A stretch of 64,000 bases of DNA from a virus: positions 1-64,000 of IMG/VR virus record IMGVR_UViG_3300035698_022389, one strand, 5' to 3'. A program made the position numbers and the translations under genes. Shown here piece by piece: positions 45,705 through 55,775 of this stretch. Each line of letters starts with the position of its first letter. Within the stretch, counting starts at the first letter, position 1. The notes under the pieces were generated by a model that was given only the letters and a program-made list of their open reading frames with translations, did not search any database and was not told the origin of the DNA.

Positions 45705-46332
45705 AGCTCAGATTATTTGCACTTGCCCATCCATATGGATACAAGATTTGAACTTAAATATGAAACGTGGCCAGTCGGCAATGGTTTCAGAATCTAAAGC
45801 TAAGGCTTCAACGGATTTGGGTTTAGCACGTAGGAATGGTGGCGTTAGTATTACGTATGTACAACGATTTCAGGAACTTAAACCCCCTCAAGTAGAACCT
45901 GTGGTTCAGGTATCGAAGAAAGTACCCTTACCAACTCCTTTGCATCAACCTGAGTCTCCTGTCCTTCCTGCTGAAAGAGTCAGGGTGGAGAGAATGACCT
46001 TGGACGAGGATGCTTTGGTGGATAAACTGGCAGCCAAAATGAATTCATTACGAAGCAGTAACACCAATTCTTTAATAGATTCTTTGATAGGTGAAGTTCA
46101 GGCCATGAGGAAAGAGTTCTCAGAGGGTCAAAAGAACCATGGTCAGATTGTGAAAGAGGTTGTTCATTCTGAGGGTAGGGTAAAAGAAGATGTCCCTATG
46201 TTTATCCCTAAGACTATTATGGGGAAAAAAGCAGGGGATGTTAAGATAGAGATTGAAGAAACTACTTCAGAAAGCACTGTGGATGAGGCTTCGGAAGCTT
46301 TACGTGCTTTACGGAAAAAGGAGAAATCATGA
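45697..46332 (+). CDS. Hypothetical protein
   Basis: GAGG RBS before ATG 45697; ATGA overlap with the next gene. Confidence 0.6.
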   Translation: MIEAQIICTCPSIWIQDLNLNMKRGQSAMVSESKAKASTDLGLARRNGGVSITYVQRFQELKPPQVEPVVQVSKKVPLPTPLHQPESPVLPAERVRVERMTLDEDALVDKLAAKMNSLRSSNTNSLIDSLIGEVQAMRKEFSEGQKNHGQIVKEVVHSEGRVKEDVPMFIPKTIMGKKAGDVKIEIEETTSESTVDEASEALRALRKKEKS

Positions 46333-47348
46333 CAGATGAAAAAACACCTGTGATTCCAGTACCTTTTGGCGTGGGGTGTGATATTGGGACTATGAATATT
46401 GTGTCTGCCCGTCGTGGAAAAGAAGGGATTACGACCAAACGTATGCGTGATGTCTTCATCGATTTGCCTATAACTGCCAAGAAGATGTTGAAATTGTCTT
46501 CTACCAGCTTTGTTGAACGAGAAGACGATGTTTTGATTCTTGGGGATGCTGCTTTGGAGACGGCTAATGTTTTTGGAACCCCTCCTCGACGCCCACTTTC
46601 GGATGGAATAATCTCGGCTAGTGAAATAGACAGCTTGGAAGTCCTTGGTATGCTTATCAAGAATGTGCTGGGTAAACCCAGGACTCCGAACGAGGCTTGT
46701 TATTTCTCTGTACCAGCAGAACCGATAGATAGGCCTGACAAGGACATAATTTACCATCGTGGAGTATTTGAACGAATTGTTGCTGAGTGTGGATATACTC
46801 CATATGCAGCCAATGAAGCTATGGGTATTGTGTATTCTGAAACAGCTAATGAAGGATTTTCTGGTGTAGGAATCTCTTTTGGTAGCGGCATGACGAACGT
46901 TGCCCTATCCATCAACACCATTGAAGGTCTGACGTTTTCCATTGCCCGTGGCGGCGACTGGATTGATGCAGGTGCTGCTAGTTCTGTCGGCCAGACTCAG
47001 GCACGTATATGTGCATTGAAAGAGAAGGGTTTTGATTTGATGAAGCCTGAAGGTCGGGAACAAGAAGCTCTGGCCTTCTATTATAAGTCGGCCATTGACT
47101 ATGCTCTGGATAACATTGAAGAACGTTTCAAGGCCATTCAAAATCAATTTGTTTTGGCTAATCCTGTCCCCCTCGTAGTGTCAGGTGGTACGAGTTTAGC
47201 AGGTGGGTTCATGGAGTTTTTCAAGTCTGTCTTTGAGAAACGGAAGAAGTTCCCTATCGAGATTTCCGAGATTCGACATGCTCAGGAACCCCTGAATGCC
47301 GTTGCTTACGGTTTGTTGATTCAAGCTATCCAAGAACACGAGGATTAG
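46329..47348 (+). CDS. Actin-fold ATPase (MreB/FtsA/ParM-like)
   Basis: Phosphate-1 GCDIGTMNIV, connect-1 NEAMG, phosphate-2 SFGSGMTNV, GGDWID, adenosine VVSGGTS. Confidence 0.8.
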   Translation: MTDEKTPVIPVPFGVGCDIGTMNIVSARRGKEGITTKRMRDVFIDLPITAKKMLKLSSTSFVEREDDVLILGDAALETANVFGTPPRRPLSDGIISASEIDSLEVLGMLIKNVLGKPRTPNEACYFSVPAEPIDRPDKDIIYHRGVFERIVAECGYTPYAANEAMGIVYSETANEGFSGVGISFGSGMTNVALSINTIEGLTFSIARGGDWIDAGAASSVGQTQARICALKEKGFDLMKPEGREQEALAFYYKSAIDYALDNIEERFKAIQNQFVLANPVPLVVSGGTSLAGGFMEFFKSVFEKRKKFPIEISEIRHAQEPLNAVAYGLLIQAIQEHED

Positions 47349-47365
47349 AAAGGAGTTTATTATGA

Positions 47366-47842
47366 TAGGCAAAAGGGACTTGAATAAACATTAAATAATT
47401 TAACATAGTTATGAAAATAAACAAAGCACATAAAATTAGACTTTATCCAAATAACAAACAGGAAACTTATTTCAAAAAAACTTCTGGAATCTCAAGATTC
47501 GTTTATAATTGGGGACTCTCTGAATGGAAATCCCAATATGAATCAGGTTTAAAACCCTCCTCCTATAAATTAGTTAAACAATTTAACTCCATAAAACATC
47601 AACAATTTCCTTGGGTTTATGAATGTTCGGAGTGTGGGTTAAAGATGGATTGTGATTTAAATGCATCAATTAATTTAAAACAACTCGCTGAAAGTCATTC
47701 AGAGAGGATAAATGCTTGTGGAGATGAAAGCTCTGGTCACTGCGTTGCCCCAAGGGCAAGCAAGGACGAAACTATTATCTATGAAGCAAGAAAAGGGCAG
47801 TTGTTAACCCGTTTGGTTAACAGTTCAAGTCCCTTTTGACTA
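47366..47842 (+). mobile_element. Non-autonomous IS200/IS605-family remnant bounded by a 19-bp inverted repeat
   Basis: TAGGCAAAAGGGACTTGAA (47366-47384) and TTCAAGTCCCTTTTGACTA (47824-47842), 1 mismatch; subterminal hairpin followed by TTCAA. Confidence 0.75.
47411..47839 (+). pseudogene. tnpB: Internally deleted tnpB
   Basis: N-terminal AHKIRLYPNNKQ...RFVYNWGL joined at PWVYE to C-terminal ECSECG..DCDLNASINL; RuvC core absent. Confidence 0.85.
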
Positions 47843-47848
47843 GATATA
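47690..47848 (+). ncRNA. Candidate TnpB omegaRNA (right-end RNA) with adjacent guide
   Basis: GCTTGTGGAG...ATGAAGCAAGAA scaffold-like motifs, hairpins TTGCCC/GGGCAA and GTTAACC/GGTTAAC, end TTCAA. Boundaries are approximate. Confidence 0.5.
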
Positions 47849-47961
47849 AATATTTATAAAAGTCGTGTACTGAGTTTACTTTTATTGTAATTGCCCTTGT
47901 TGGTGATACTCAACATGCTGCTTTACTAGTAACTATTCGAAAACTTCTTTATCTAGGACTG

Positions 47962-48351
47962 TTGTCAGGTTATATCCTTTTAACCGGTTTTATTTTGACT
48001 GCATATTCAGTTATTTCAGGGCTTTCATCTACAGGAAAATTTAAGCTGATTGCTTCACGCCCCAAATTATTTAATCAAATCACAGATGTTTTTAATTCAG
48101 GGTTTATCTATTTAATGATTGCAATCGTAGTTGTTGTTTTTTCACTTGTTTTTGATACAGGTGAATTTGATAGTCTGCCCCCCATAATTAATGTTTGCAT
48201 TTTTATCTTTGTTCTCATGAAATTGATAGGGTGTTTTAAAATGCTGGATAAAATTACTTCTCTAGCATCCCAACCTTCTACAGACCGTATTGGTCCAGAT
48301 AAAAGATATAAAACGCTTGATCAGGCTCAGATTGAAGATGATGATATATAA
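47962..48351 (+). CDS. Hypothetical membrane protein
   Basis: Three hydrophobic segments; TTG start, uncertain. Confidence 0.5.
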   Translation: MSGYILLTGFILTAYSVISGLSSTGKFKLIASRPKLFNQITDVFNSGFIYLMIAIVVVVFSLVFDTGEFDSLPPIINVCIFIFVLMKLIGCFKMLDKITSLASQPSTDRIGPDKRYKTLDQAQIEDDDI

Positions 48352-48566
48352 AAACATTTTCAGTTGCTTAATGTTTCAGTATTTCTTGAGAAGCCCCCTT
48401 TACCCAAGAACCCAAAGAACTTTAATATTGGTCAAACACGGGAGGTGACCCGTGTCATATTAGATAATCCTGATGGAGAAGAATTTGAAACAGGTCTTAT
48501 GACGGCTACTATTAGCGGGGAACTGCTCGACGAATAATTCCCCTATGAAAGCACCTACATAAGGAG

Positions 48567-49772
48567 GTGCTCATGTACTTCAGATTAACCGAGGCATTAA
48601 AAAAACGACTCATCATGGAACTGAGGAATTATTGGTCTTACCATCCTCTATATCCAGACCTGCCTGACCACATCATTGGGAAATACTCATTTAGAGAACG
48701 CCCTTCAACTGGCATTATTGTAAAAACTGGTGGTGGGAGTCATGTTTCGTTGTCAGCTGACAACTACATAGGTATTCAAGAGAGCTATGTCAATTTGACC
48801 AGGTACAAAAACAAACCAGGACTGGCCATTGAATGGGTCAGAGAAGATGCTGTTGCTATCCAGAAAAATAATGGAGTTTTCCCAACCCCACCTGGTGTTT
48901 ATTATGTCCAATTGACTGAGGACAGGGAATTCTGGGTGGATGCCCTTGTTAATATTTACAATGAGATTCTGACTCCTGTAGACACCTTTACATACTCCAT
49001 GACAGCAGATCCTTTACAAGGGACTCTCCGTATCTTTGAAATGCCTGCTCGGTATCAGCTGGTGGAGGATGAAAATTACACCGTTGAGGTGGATGGCCAA
49101 GGGAAACCCACAGGTGAGATTACTCTGAAACAAGCTCTGACAGGGAATAGATATTTGGTTGCCGACTATAAACATCCAATCGGTTCTCAGGGTCCTTATA
49201 CCATCGACCCAGGCTTTGCAAACAATACAGCAATTCCAGGAGTCGTTCTGGCTTTTGGTCGACGAAACAAAAAAGGAGATATTCAGGCTGTCGTCGTGGA
49301 TGACGTTCGAAGGTCATCTGCTCAGGTTTATGGGGGTAAGTGGGAAATCTCAATGGAGTTTGATGTTGTGGCTAGAGATGTCTATGCCCAGCAGGAAATT
49401 GCTGACCAAACCGTCATTTATTTGTGGGGTATCCTTAGACCTCGGTTATCTTCTGAAGGTATTGAAATGTCCGAGATTTCTCTTGGTGGGGAGTCTGAAG
49501 AAGTTTATGATGAGAGTGGTGATGATTATTTCTATAACTCATCGTTTTCGTTGACAGTTACGACGGATTGGGAAGTCCATATCCCATTGAGTGCTTTCCT
49601 CCGTCAAGTAACCCCAGCCAGCCGTGAGTATACTGAATATTTGGCTACAATTTCTGATGACCAATTGAGAGAAGCTGGGGCAGGGATACGTCAAGCAGGT
49701 GAGATGGGATTGGAAGTTATGAGGGATCCTTATTTCGTTGGGAGGACAGCAACATTTGAAGTAATTCGGTAG
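48567..49772 (+). CDS. Probable tail terminator / tail-completion protein
   Basis: AAGGAGG RBS; upstream of the sheath; C-terminal 'MEFDVVARD...QEIAD' pattern. Function inferred. Confidence 0.5.
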   Translation: MLMYFRLTEALKKRLIMELRNYWSYHPLYPDLPDHIIGKYSFRERPSTGIIVKTGGGSHVSLSADNYIGIQESYVNLTRYKNKPGLAIEWVREDAVAIQKNNGVFPTPPGVYYVQLTEDREFWVDALVNIYNEILTPVDTFTYSMTADPLQGTLRIFEMPARYQLVEDENYTVEVDGQGKPTGEITLKQALTGNRYLVADYKHPIGSQGPYTIDPGFANNTAIPGVVLAFGRRNKKGDIQAVVVDDVRRSSAQVYGGKWEISMEFDVVARDVYAQQEIADQTVIYLWGILRPRLSSEGIEMSEISLGGESEEVYDESGDDYFYNSSFSLTVTTDWEVHIPLSAFLRQVTPASREYTEYLATISDDQLREAGAGIRQAGEMGLEVMRDPYFVGRTATFEVIR

Positions 49773-49815
49773 TTTTTTAATTTTTCATATCTTCTTAGAG
49801 AAAGGAACCAGATAA

Positions 49816-50265
49816 ATGCCCGTATATACATATCAATGTGGTTGTGGAATTCGATTTGAGGGTTCGGCCAGCATGGCTAAACATTCTAAACCTCATAAAT
49901 GTCCTGACTGTGGGGAGATGGCTGATCGATTGATGCCCTCAGATGTAAATGGTGTTTTCAATCAGGAAGTTTCAGGACCTGTTCCTCAGAATACTGGTGT
50001 GGATGGTTTGGATGCCCATATTGACAGGGTGATAGGTCAGTCCGCAGAACAAGGTCGAAAAGCTCATGTGGCTCGTGTCGATACTAAGAAAGAATTGTTA
50101 CGGGATAATCCTGGGGCAACTGGAAAAGACATTACGAAAACCTCTGATGGGGAGTTTCATTTGATGTCCTTGGAGGAACGGGATGCCCGAGATACAGCTC
50201 TCTCTATCAATAATCAGGCTATGAATGCCATTGAACAGGAGAGGATGAAATCCGCTCCTAAATAA
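49816..50265 (+). CDS. FmdB-like zinc ribbon protein (second copy)
   Basis: MPVYTYQCGC...CPDCG...RLMP. Confidence 0.7.
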   Translation: MPVYTYQCGCGIRFEGSASMAKHSKPHKCPDCGEMADRLMPSDVNGVFNQEVSGPVPQNTGVDGLDAHIDRVIGQSAEQGRKAHVARVDTKKELLRDNPGATGKDITKTSDGEFHLMSLEERDARDTALSINNQAMNAIEQERMKSAPK

Positions 50266-50444
50266 AACTAGACCACAAGTGGTCGTGGACAAAACATACA
50301 GATGAAAATATGGACTAACATTTTGAGCTTAATTAACCGCCTTTGGCTGGAGATACATACGAACTTACGGATAAACAAATGAAAAGGTTTGAGCTGAAAC
50401 TTCACATTTGACTTGTGGAATGAACTAAAATTAAGAGGTGTAAA

Positions 50445-53400
50445 ATGGCCTTTCCAGGAAAAAACTACAGCCCGCCAGGAGTTTATACTCGAACACTTTT
50501 CGAGAATCCCGTTTCTGGAGCTATTGACAGTTTCAAAATCCCGATTTTCATCGGTGAGGGGAACGAATTTTTAACCCAGAATAATCTGGAGGTCGTTCGG
50601 GGATCATCCCAGAAAGTTGACCAAAAGATTGTAGGTGAAGATGAGGCAGGACGTGCTGTGGTCAGCACTACCCAAGCAGGTGTCATCACATTGGGAGATT
50701 TTAACGGAGTCTTGGACACGATTCAAGTCCGTAAATACCCCATTGTAGATGGGCAAGGCTCGGGTGTAACTACGAACAGCCGGGCGGATGTGGTAGTTAC
50801 CATCAATAACCAGATTATGGTTGTTCGACAGGTGACTGGGGCTACAGGAGTCGTCAAGTTGGCTCAACCCCCACAAGTTACAGATGAAATCCGTGTTACT
50901 TACTTTTTCAAACGCACGGATACTCTGACTACTGATGATGTCAGTGCCCAAGTCAACCCGAATCCTGCAGTTGTCAGGGGTGTTGATGGTATTGCCGACA
51001 TAGACTCCCCAGTCGGTCAAGAAGGTTCGGTTGGTTCCAGCATAGTCATTGATTTGCATGGGGACATCACGAATGCCTCCGGTCAGGTTGTTGTTCCAGC
51101 TAACAATGTTCTCAATCTAGTGATTGATGGTGTGGCATATGTTATCACCATTGCTCCTCGGAATGATTACACAATGGCTCAAATTGCTGCATCTATTACG
51201 GCAGCTAACAAGGGAACTCTGACTGCTGGTGCTTTCACTAATAATTTTGGTCTTTCGGTACTTTTATTAAATGCTAGTGGTAGCATCGTAGTGAAAGCAG
51301 GCTCAGCTAATGCTCCTTTGGGGCTCATAACTGGTTCTGCAGACACTCGAACTACAACTTTCTATACCTACGAAGGTCCTATCGTTGATGGTTCTAACGG
51401 TGGTGTTGCAACAACAGACCCCGCAAAAGTAGTGGTTAAAGTCAATAACAGTCAGGTCATTCCAGTATCAGTGAATGGAACCACACGGACAGTTACTTTG
51501 TTAGCAGCTCCTAAAGCTGGTTCAACTGTGACCATCCAATACTGGTTTAATGCCTGGCAGGATACCTTTGATTACTTGCTACATAATGGCATCACTGAAA
51601 TTACTCAGTGTGGTGTTGCTCCGGATTCTAAATCTTACATCCAGGATGCTGATTTTGTCCTGAAAGATGATAAGATTGTCTGGGGTACGGCAGCATTGAT
51701 AGCCAGTGGTGTTCATACTACAGGTGCTGTTTTGTTTGGGGAAACCCAAATTACTAGCACCTTGGTAGACAACAAGACATTCCTTTCAGTTTGTACCTCA
51801 GTCGTACAGAGCAGTGGTGGTATCTCCTCTGATAACCGTATGGATTTCACACTTCCTTTCCAACCAACTCTGGGTAATGGACGAAACACCCCCTTGGGTC
51901 AGAGTTTGTTCCAGACGGTTTCCAATGGACGTATTGATCTTCCAACCAACCGCCCTGATGTGGTGGATGTATATTGGGGTTACGATGTTCAGGATGCTCT
52001 CGAAAGAGGTGGGGTGGCTGTAGATAAAGTGGAAGGTATCACTGTTACGTTGGCTGAGGCTGTTCCAGTCGGGGCCACCGTGTTTGCATCCTTCTGGTAC
52101 AATCTCCTGACAGACACTGAATTCACCTTGTCTTGTGTGAACCCCGGAGCTTCAGGCATCGGTACATATACCGTTGAAGATAAAGGTGACAACACTGTCT
52201 ACAGTGCTACATATAACACCAGTACAAAGGGTTCCTCTCTTAATGGTGTGACTCTGGAATTCCCATCAGGTTCTGAATTGACACCCGATCTTCACTTTGA
52301 AGGTTTGTCTGGTGATGATTTTGTTGGGCCTGTTGAAGAAATCGTGACAGTACAGTTTGCTTCTCGTGTAGCAACTCCAGCAAAATGGACGCTGCCTGGG
52401 AACGGACCTTATGAGTTCATTAAAGAGTACTCTGATAGACTCAGGGTTAAACTGCACACTTACGAATCCGTTAGTGCCGCGGGTCTGAATCTTGATAATC
52501 CTTCTGGTAGTGCATCCGTTCCTGGACATGGTGGTGGGTTCTTTGCTTCCATCGTCGGTGATGAAGTGGATTACACAGGTGGAACCAGTGCAACTATTGG
52601 TCAAAGTTATTCTTTGGCAGCTGCTGAAGATTTCTACCTTCAAGTAGATGATGCCAATATTCTGGTGAAAACATCCAGTACAGTAACCAACGTAGATGTT
52701 AGCTACTTTGCAGATGTCATCAACGAAGCTGCCAGCGGTCATCAAGACATAGCCGTAGCAGGTGGTGTTAGCACTATTGAATTGCCGCACACCAAATCCG
52801 ACGTGAATAATTATTACGTTGGCTGGAGAGTGGTTATCGGTAATCATGCTCTTGGTGGAGCAACTCAGGGTCAGTACAAAACTATCACAGCTTATGATGG
52901 AACTGCTTGGATAGCAACTCTGGATTCTGCTTGGGCTGGTGGGGCTGTTGCAGTAGGAACTCCTTACTTCATTTATAACCCTGATGCCCGTTCTACAATG
53001 GTCGGTGCAACAGAGTTTAATGGCCCCGTAACAATCACAGCCTCTGCCCATGACAAACTTAAAGTGGGTTATATTGGTGATGTTGTCGGTACAGAAGGTT
53101 TCGAGATTACATTGGGTGCCGCAGCTTATGCTACCCCAGCTCTCTTGGCTGCCCATATCCAAAGTAGAATTGACACAGCTATTATAGCCCGTGTTTTGAT
53201 CACACCAAATCTGGCTGGTTTCAATATTGAATGTACGGCTAATGCTCAAGCTAAGTTGCAGTTTAAATTGCAGCTTCCAGGGTTAGACAATGCTGGTTAC
53301 ATCCAGTTCCTCGATGCTACCAATGCTCCTGTTGAAGATTTTGCAGTGGTTGCAGGCTTAGATACAGGGGCAGCAATTGGTGACGGTCAGGCAGCTCTCC

Positions 53401-55775
53401 TTCAGGCTCCTATTGCAAGGTCTTACCTTTGCCCATCGGGTACGGGTGACCGCAAACTGTATGACAGACTTATTATTCGTAACCGTCTGTTGCCTGGTGG
53501 TGGTCCTGATAGCAGTATGGATGCTCATGACATCGAATCACAGACTCAGCTTCAAGTTCTGACGGGTAACACCAAAGCAGGACTGGCTTCAGGTTTGTAT
53601 GGAACAGCCAGTCGTTCGGCAACAGTCCGATCTTCTACCGTGAGCGGGCAGGTTGGTTTTATCGGTGGTATGGATGCTGACAGTGAACCCGAGGTCATAT
53701 TCTATGATGGTACTGGGACTGTGGCAGTAAATAATATCTTCAAGTTTGATGTGGATGGAACTCCTGTAGAAGTTATCTTCGATGCTACTGCTACTGGGAC
53801 AGCTACCAATCTTGGTCCAATTTCAGATGATGATTCTGTTTTGGGTCAAATTAAAGTGGCAATGGCAGATGTACCAGGTGCCCCGTTTGGCAACGCAGCC
53901 AACATCGTGAGTACTTTTATCCTACGTCAAGAAGGTGCCGGCTTCCGTATCACAGGTGTTGAAACAAGCTCCCTGTCCAAAGTGTCCGTCAGTAATGGTT
54001 CGGCCAACGGTGTATTGGGTGCTTCTTCAGGGACAGTGGCACTTCGAGAAACTGTATCGGTTAGAAAATTGGCTTCTGCTTTAATGGCAAATCGGCACAG
54101 CAATTTTACCACTTGGATGCTGACTCTTTCTGCTGCTGACCTTTCCTTTTCCCGAGACGGCTTGGCTAATGTTGAAGAAGACAGTGTTGGTGGTCAATTC
54201 CTTTATGTGCAGGATGCTCCGATACTCGTATCCGAATTGGGAACCCAATCTTCGGTCGAAATCAAGAACACCTTGAGCCAAATTGATGATGCTTTAGCAT
54301 ACAACACAGGTCTGAATGCTAAAGATAGTGATGGTGCTTCTGGTGAACCTGCTTTGGACGGATTTTTCGTAAAATCCAGTGTGTCTGATGGTTCAGGTAC
54401 AATCAATGAATCCCAACTTAATCCTTCTGGTGACGGTACGGGTCAAGATGGAATCGTTGGTCAAACTTATCGGGATGAAATTACAGGCTTGGTTTTCACC
54501 CTTCTACCTCGTGGTTGGAGTACAAATCCAAATGGTCCGTGGCTTCAGTACCCAACAGGTGCTAACTCTACATTCCGTATTCAGATCAGCGGAACTTTCT
54601 TGACGGATGCCAATATCCCTCATAATGCTTTCAATGGTGTGGAACTGACTGTAGCTAACACTGTTGATGTTGGTGTCAGTGACACTGCCTTGGTTGAAAC
54701 CTTCAAACGTGGGGGTAATGAACCATCTATCGGTGACTTGTACTATACATCGTACATTTACCAGAAACAGGACTTCACAACGACGTTCTACACTAAGATG
54801 AGTTCCATCGAACAAGCTTATGGGAATATTGGTGTAGATGCTCCGTTAACAATGGCATCAGATTTAGCTGTGTTGAATGGTGCTGTCCTATTGGGTCTAA
54901 AACAAGTCCCTCGGGAATCAGGTGAGCCTTATGCTAGCCTGACAACGTACAGGGACGCCATTCAGGAGCTGGAAGGTACTTTGCCTGGGTTCGTTAACCC
55001 TGACATTATTACTCCACTTCGTGGTGATTCTACGGACTTGTATCAGTATCTGAAACAATCTAATGAACTGATGTCCTCTATTCGGTATAAGTCTGAAAGG
55101 ACTTCTATCATAGGTATGGCCGCAGGTTCCTTGCCTGAAGCATGTGGTAACTTGGCACAAGCCCTTGAAAATACTCGTATGCGACTGGTTTACCCTGATG
55201 TTGCAGTGGTTTCTATCACGGATGCCTTGGGGAACAGCACAGATGAGTTAATGGATGGTCCCATGTTAGCAGCAATGCTGGTAGGTTCTGTTGTCAGTCC
55301 AAATCTTGATGTGGCAACACCATGGACAGGCCGACGATTGGTTGGTGTCCAACAGCTCGGACGTATCCTTGATGCAGTAGAGCAGAATCTGCTGGCCACG
55401 AAAGGTGTTACCGTGTTGGAAGACAAACCTCCGTTTATTCGTGTACGTCATGGTTTGACAACTGACATGACTAATGTCTTGACCAAGCTGCCGACTATTG
55501 TGTTGATTGCAGATGAAGTCCAACGTCAGTCACGACAGCTTTTGGAGAACTTCATAGGTATCAAATTCTTGCCTGGTATCCTGTCACAGATTGAAGGTCG
55601 GATGGCAATGTTGATGAAGCAACTGGTAGCTGCTCAAATCATCACGGCTTACACAGGCATTAAAGCATCTACACAGGCAGATGATCCTACATCTGCCGAA
55701 ATTGCTGCTTACTATGCACCGGTTTTTCCATTATTATATCTGCTCTTGACCTTTCACCTCCGTTCCAGCTTATAG
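50445..55775 (+). CDS. Tail sheath protein, very large (1,776 aa)
   Basis: N-terminal YSPPGVYT; sheath C-terminal core RVRHGLTT...IVLIADEV...YYAPVFPLLYLLLTF. Confidence 0.88.
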   Translation: MAFPGKNYSPPGVYTRTLFENPVSGAIDSFKIPIFIGEGNEFLTQNNLEVVRGSSQKVDQKIVGEDEAGRAVVSTTQAGVITLGDFNGVLDTIQVRKYPIVDGQGSGVTTNSRADVVVTINNQIMVVRQVTGATGVVKLAQPPQVTDEIRVTYFFKRTDTLTTDDVSAQVNPNPAVVRGVDGIADIDSPVGQEGSVGSSIVIDLHGDITNASGQVVVPANNVLNLVIDGVAYVITIAPRNDYTMAQIAASITAANKGTLTAGAFTNNFGLSVLLLNASGSIVVKAGSANAPLGLITGSADTRTTTFYTYEGPIVDGSNGGVATTDPAKVVVKVNNSQVIPVSVNGTTRTVTLLAAPKAGSTVTIQYWFNAWQDTFDYLLHNGITEITQCGVAPDSKSYIQDADFVLKDDKIVWGTAALIASGVHTTGAVLFGETQITSTLVDNKTFLSVCTSVVQSSGGISSDNRMDFTLPFQPTLGNGRNTPLGQSLFQTVSNGRIDLPTNRPDVVDVYWGYDVQDALERGGVAVDKVEGITVTLAEAVPVGATVFASFWYNLLTDTEFTLSCVNPGASGIGTYTVEDKGDNTVYSATYNTSTKGSSLNGVTLEFPSGSELTPDLHFEGLSGDDFVGPVEEIVTVQFASRVATPAKWTLPGNGPYEFIKEYSDRLRVKLHTYESVSAAGLNLDNPSGSASVPGHGGGFFASIVGDEVDYTGGTSATIGQSYSLAAAEDFYLQVDDANILVKTSSTVTNVDVSYFADVINEAASGHQDIAVAGGVSTIELPHTKSDVNNYYVGWRVVIGNHALGGATQGQYKTITAYDGTAWIATLDSAWAGGAVAVGTPYFIYNPDARSTMVGATEFNGPVTITASAHDKLKVGYIGDVVGTEGFEITLGAAAYATPALLAAHIQSRIDTAIIARVLITPNLAGFNIECTANAQAKLQFKLQLPGLDNAGYIQFLDATNAPVEDFAVVAGLDTGAAIGDGQAALLQAPIARSYLCPSGTGDRKLYDRLIIRNRLLPGGGPDSSMDAHDIESQTQLQVLTGNTKAGLASGLYGTASRSATVRSSTVSGQVGFIGGMDADSEPEVIFYDGTGTVAVNNIFKFDVDGTPVEVIFDATATGTATNLGPISDDDSVLGQIKVAMADVPGAPFGNAANIVSTFILRQEGAGFRITGVETSSLSKVSVSNGSANGVLGASSGTVALRETVSVRKLASALMANRHSNFTTWMLTLSAADLSFSRDGLANVEEDSVGGQFLYVQDAPILVSELGTQSSVEIKNTLSQIDDALAYNTGLNAKDSDGASGEPALDGFFVKSSVSDGSGTINESQLNPSGDGTGQDGIVGQTYRDEITGLVFTLLPRGWSTNPNGPWLQYPTGANSTFRIQISGTFLTDANIPHNAFNGVELTVANTVDVGVSDTALVETFKRGGNEPSIGDLYYTSYIYQKQDFTTTFYTKMSSIEQAYGNIGVDAPLTMASDLAVLNGAVLLGLKQVPRESGEPYASLTTYRDAIQELEGTLPGFVNPDIITPLRGDSTDLYQYLKQSNELMSSIRYKSERTSIIGMAAGSLPEACGNLAQALENTRMRLVYPDVAVVSITDALGNSTDELMDGPMLAAMLVGSVVSPNLDVATPWTGRRLVGVQQLGRILDAVEQNLLATKGVTVLEDKPPFIRVRHGLTTDMTNVLTKLPTIVLIADEVQRQSRQLLENFIGIKFLPGILSQIEGRMAMLMKQLVAAQIITAYTGIKASTQADDPTSAEIAAYYAPVFPLLYLLLTFHLRSSL

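Noticed and set aside
48352-48537. In-frame continuation after the TAA of 47962..48351
   Set aside because: No start or RBS and no recognisable motif; could be chance or a nonsense-truncated gene, but unsupported.
52266-53249. 327-aa minus-strand ORF inside the sheath gene, and other long antisense ORFs (46164, 61554)
   Set aside because: Fully overlap well-supported + strand genes, Cys/Ser-rich with no motifs; typical antisense shadows.
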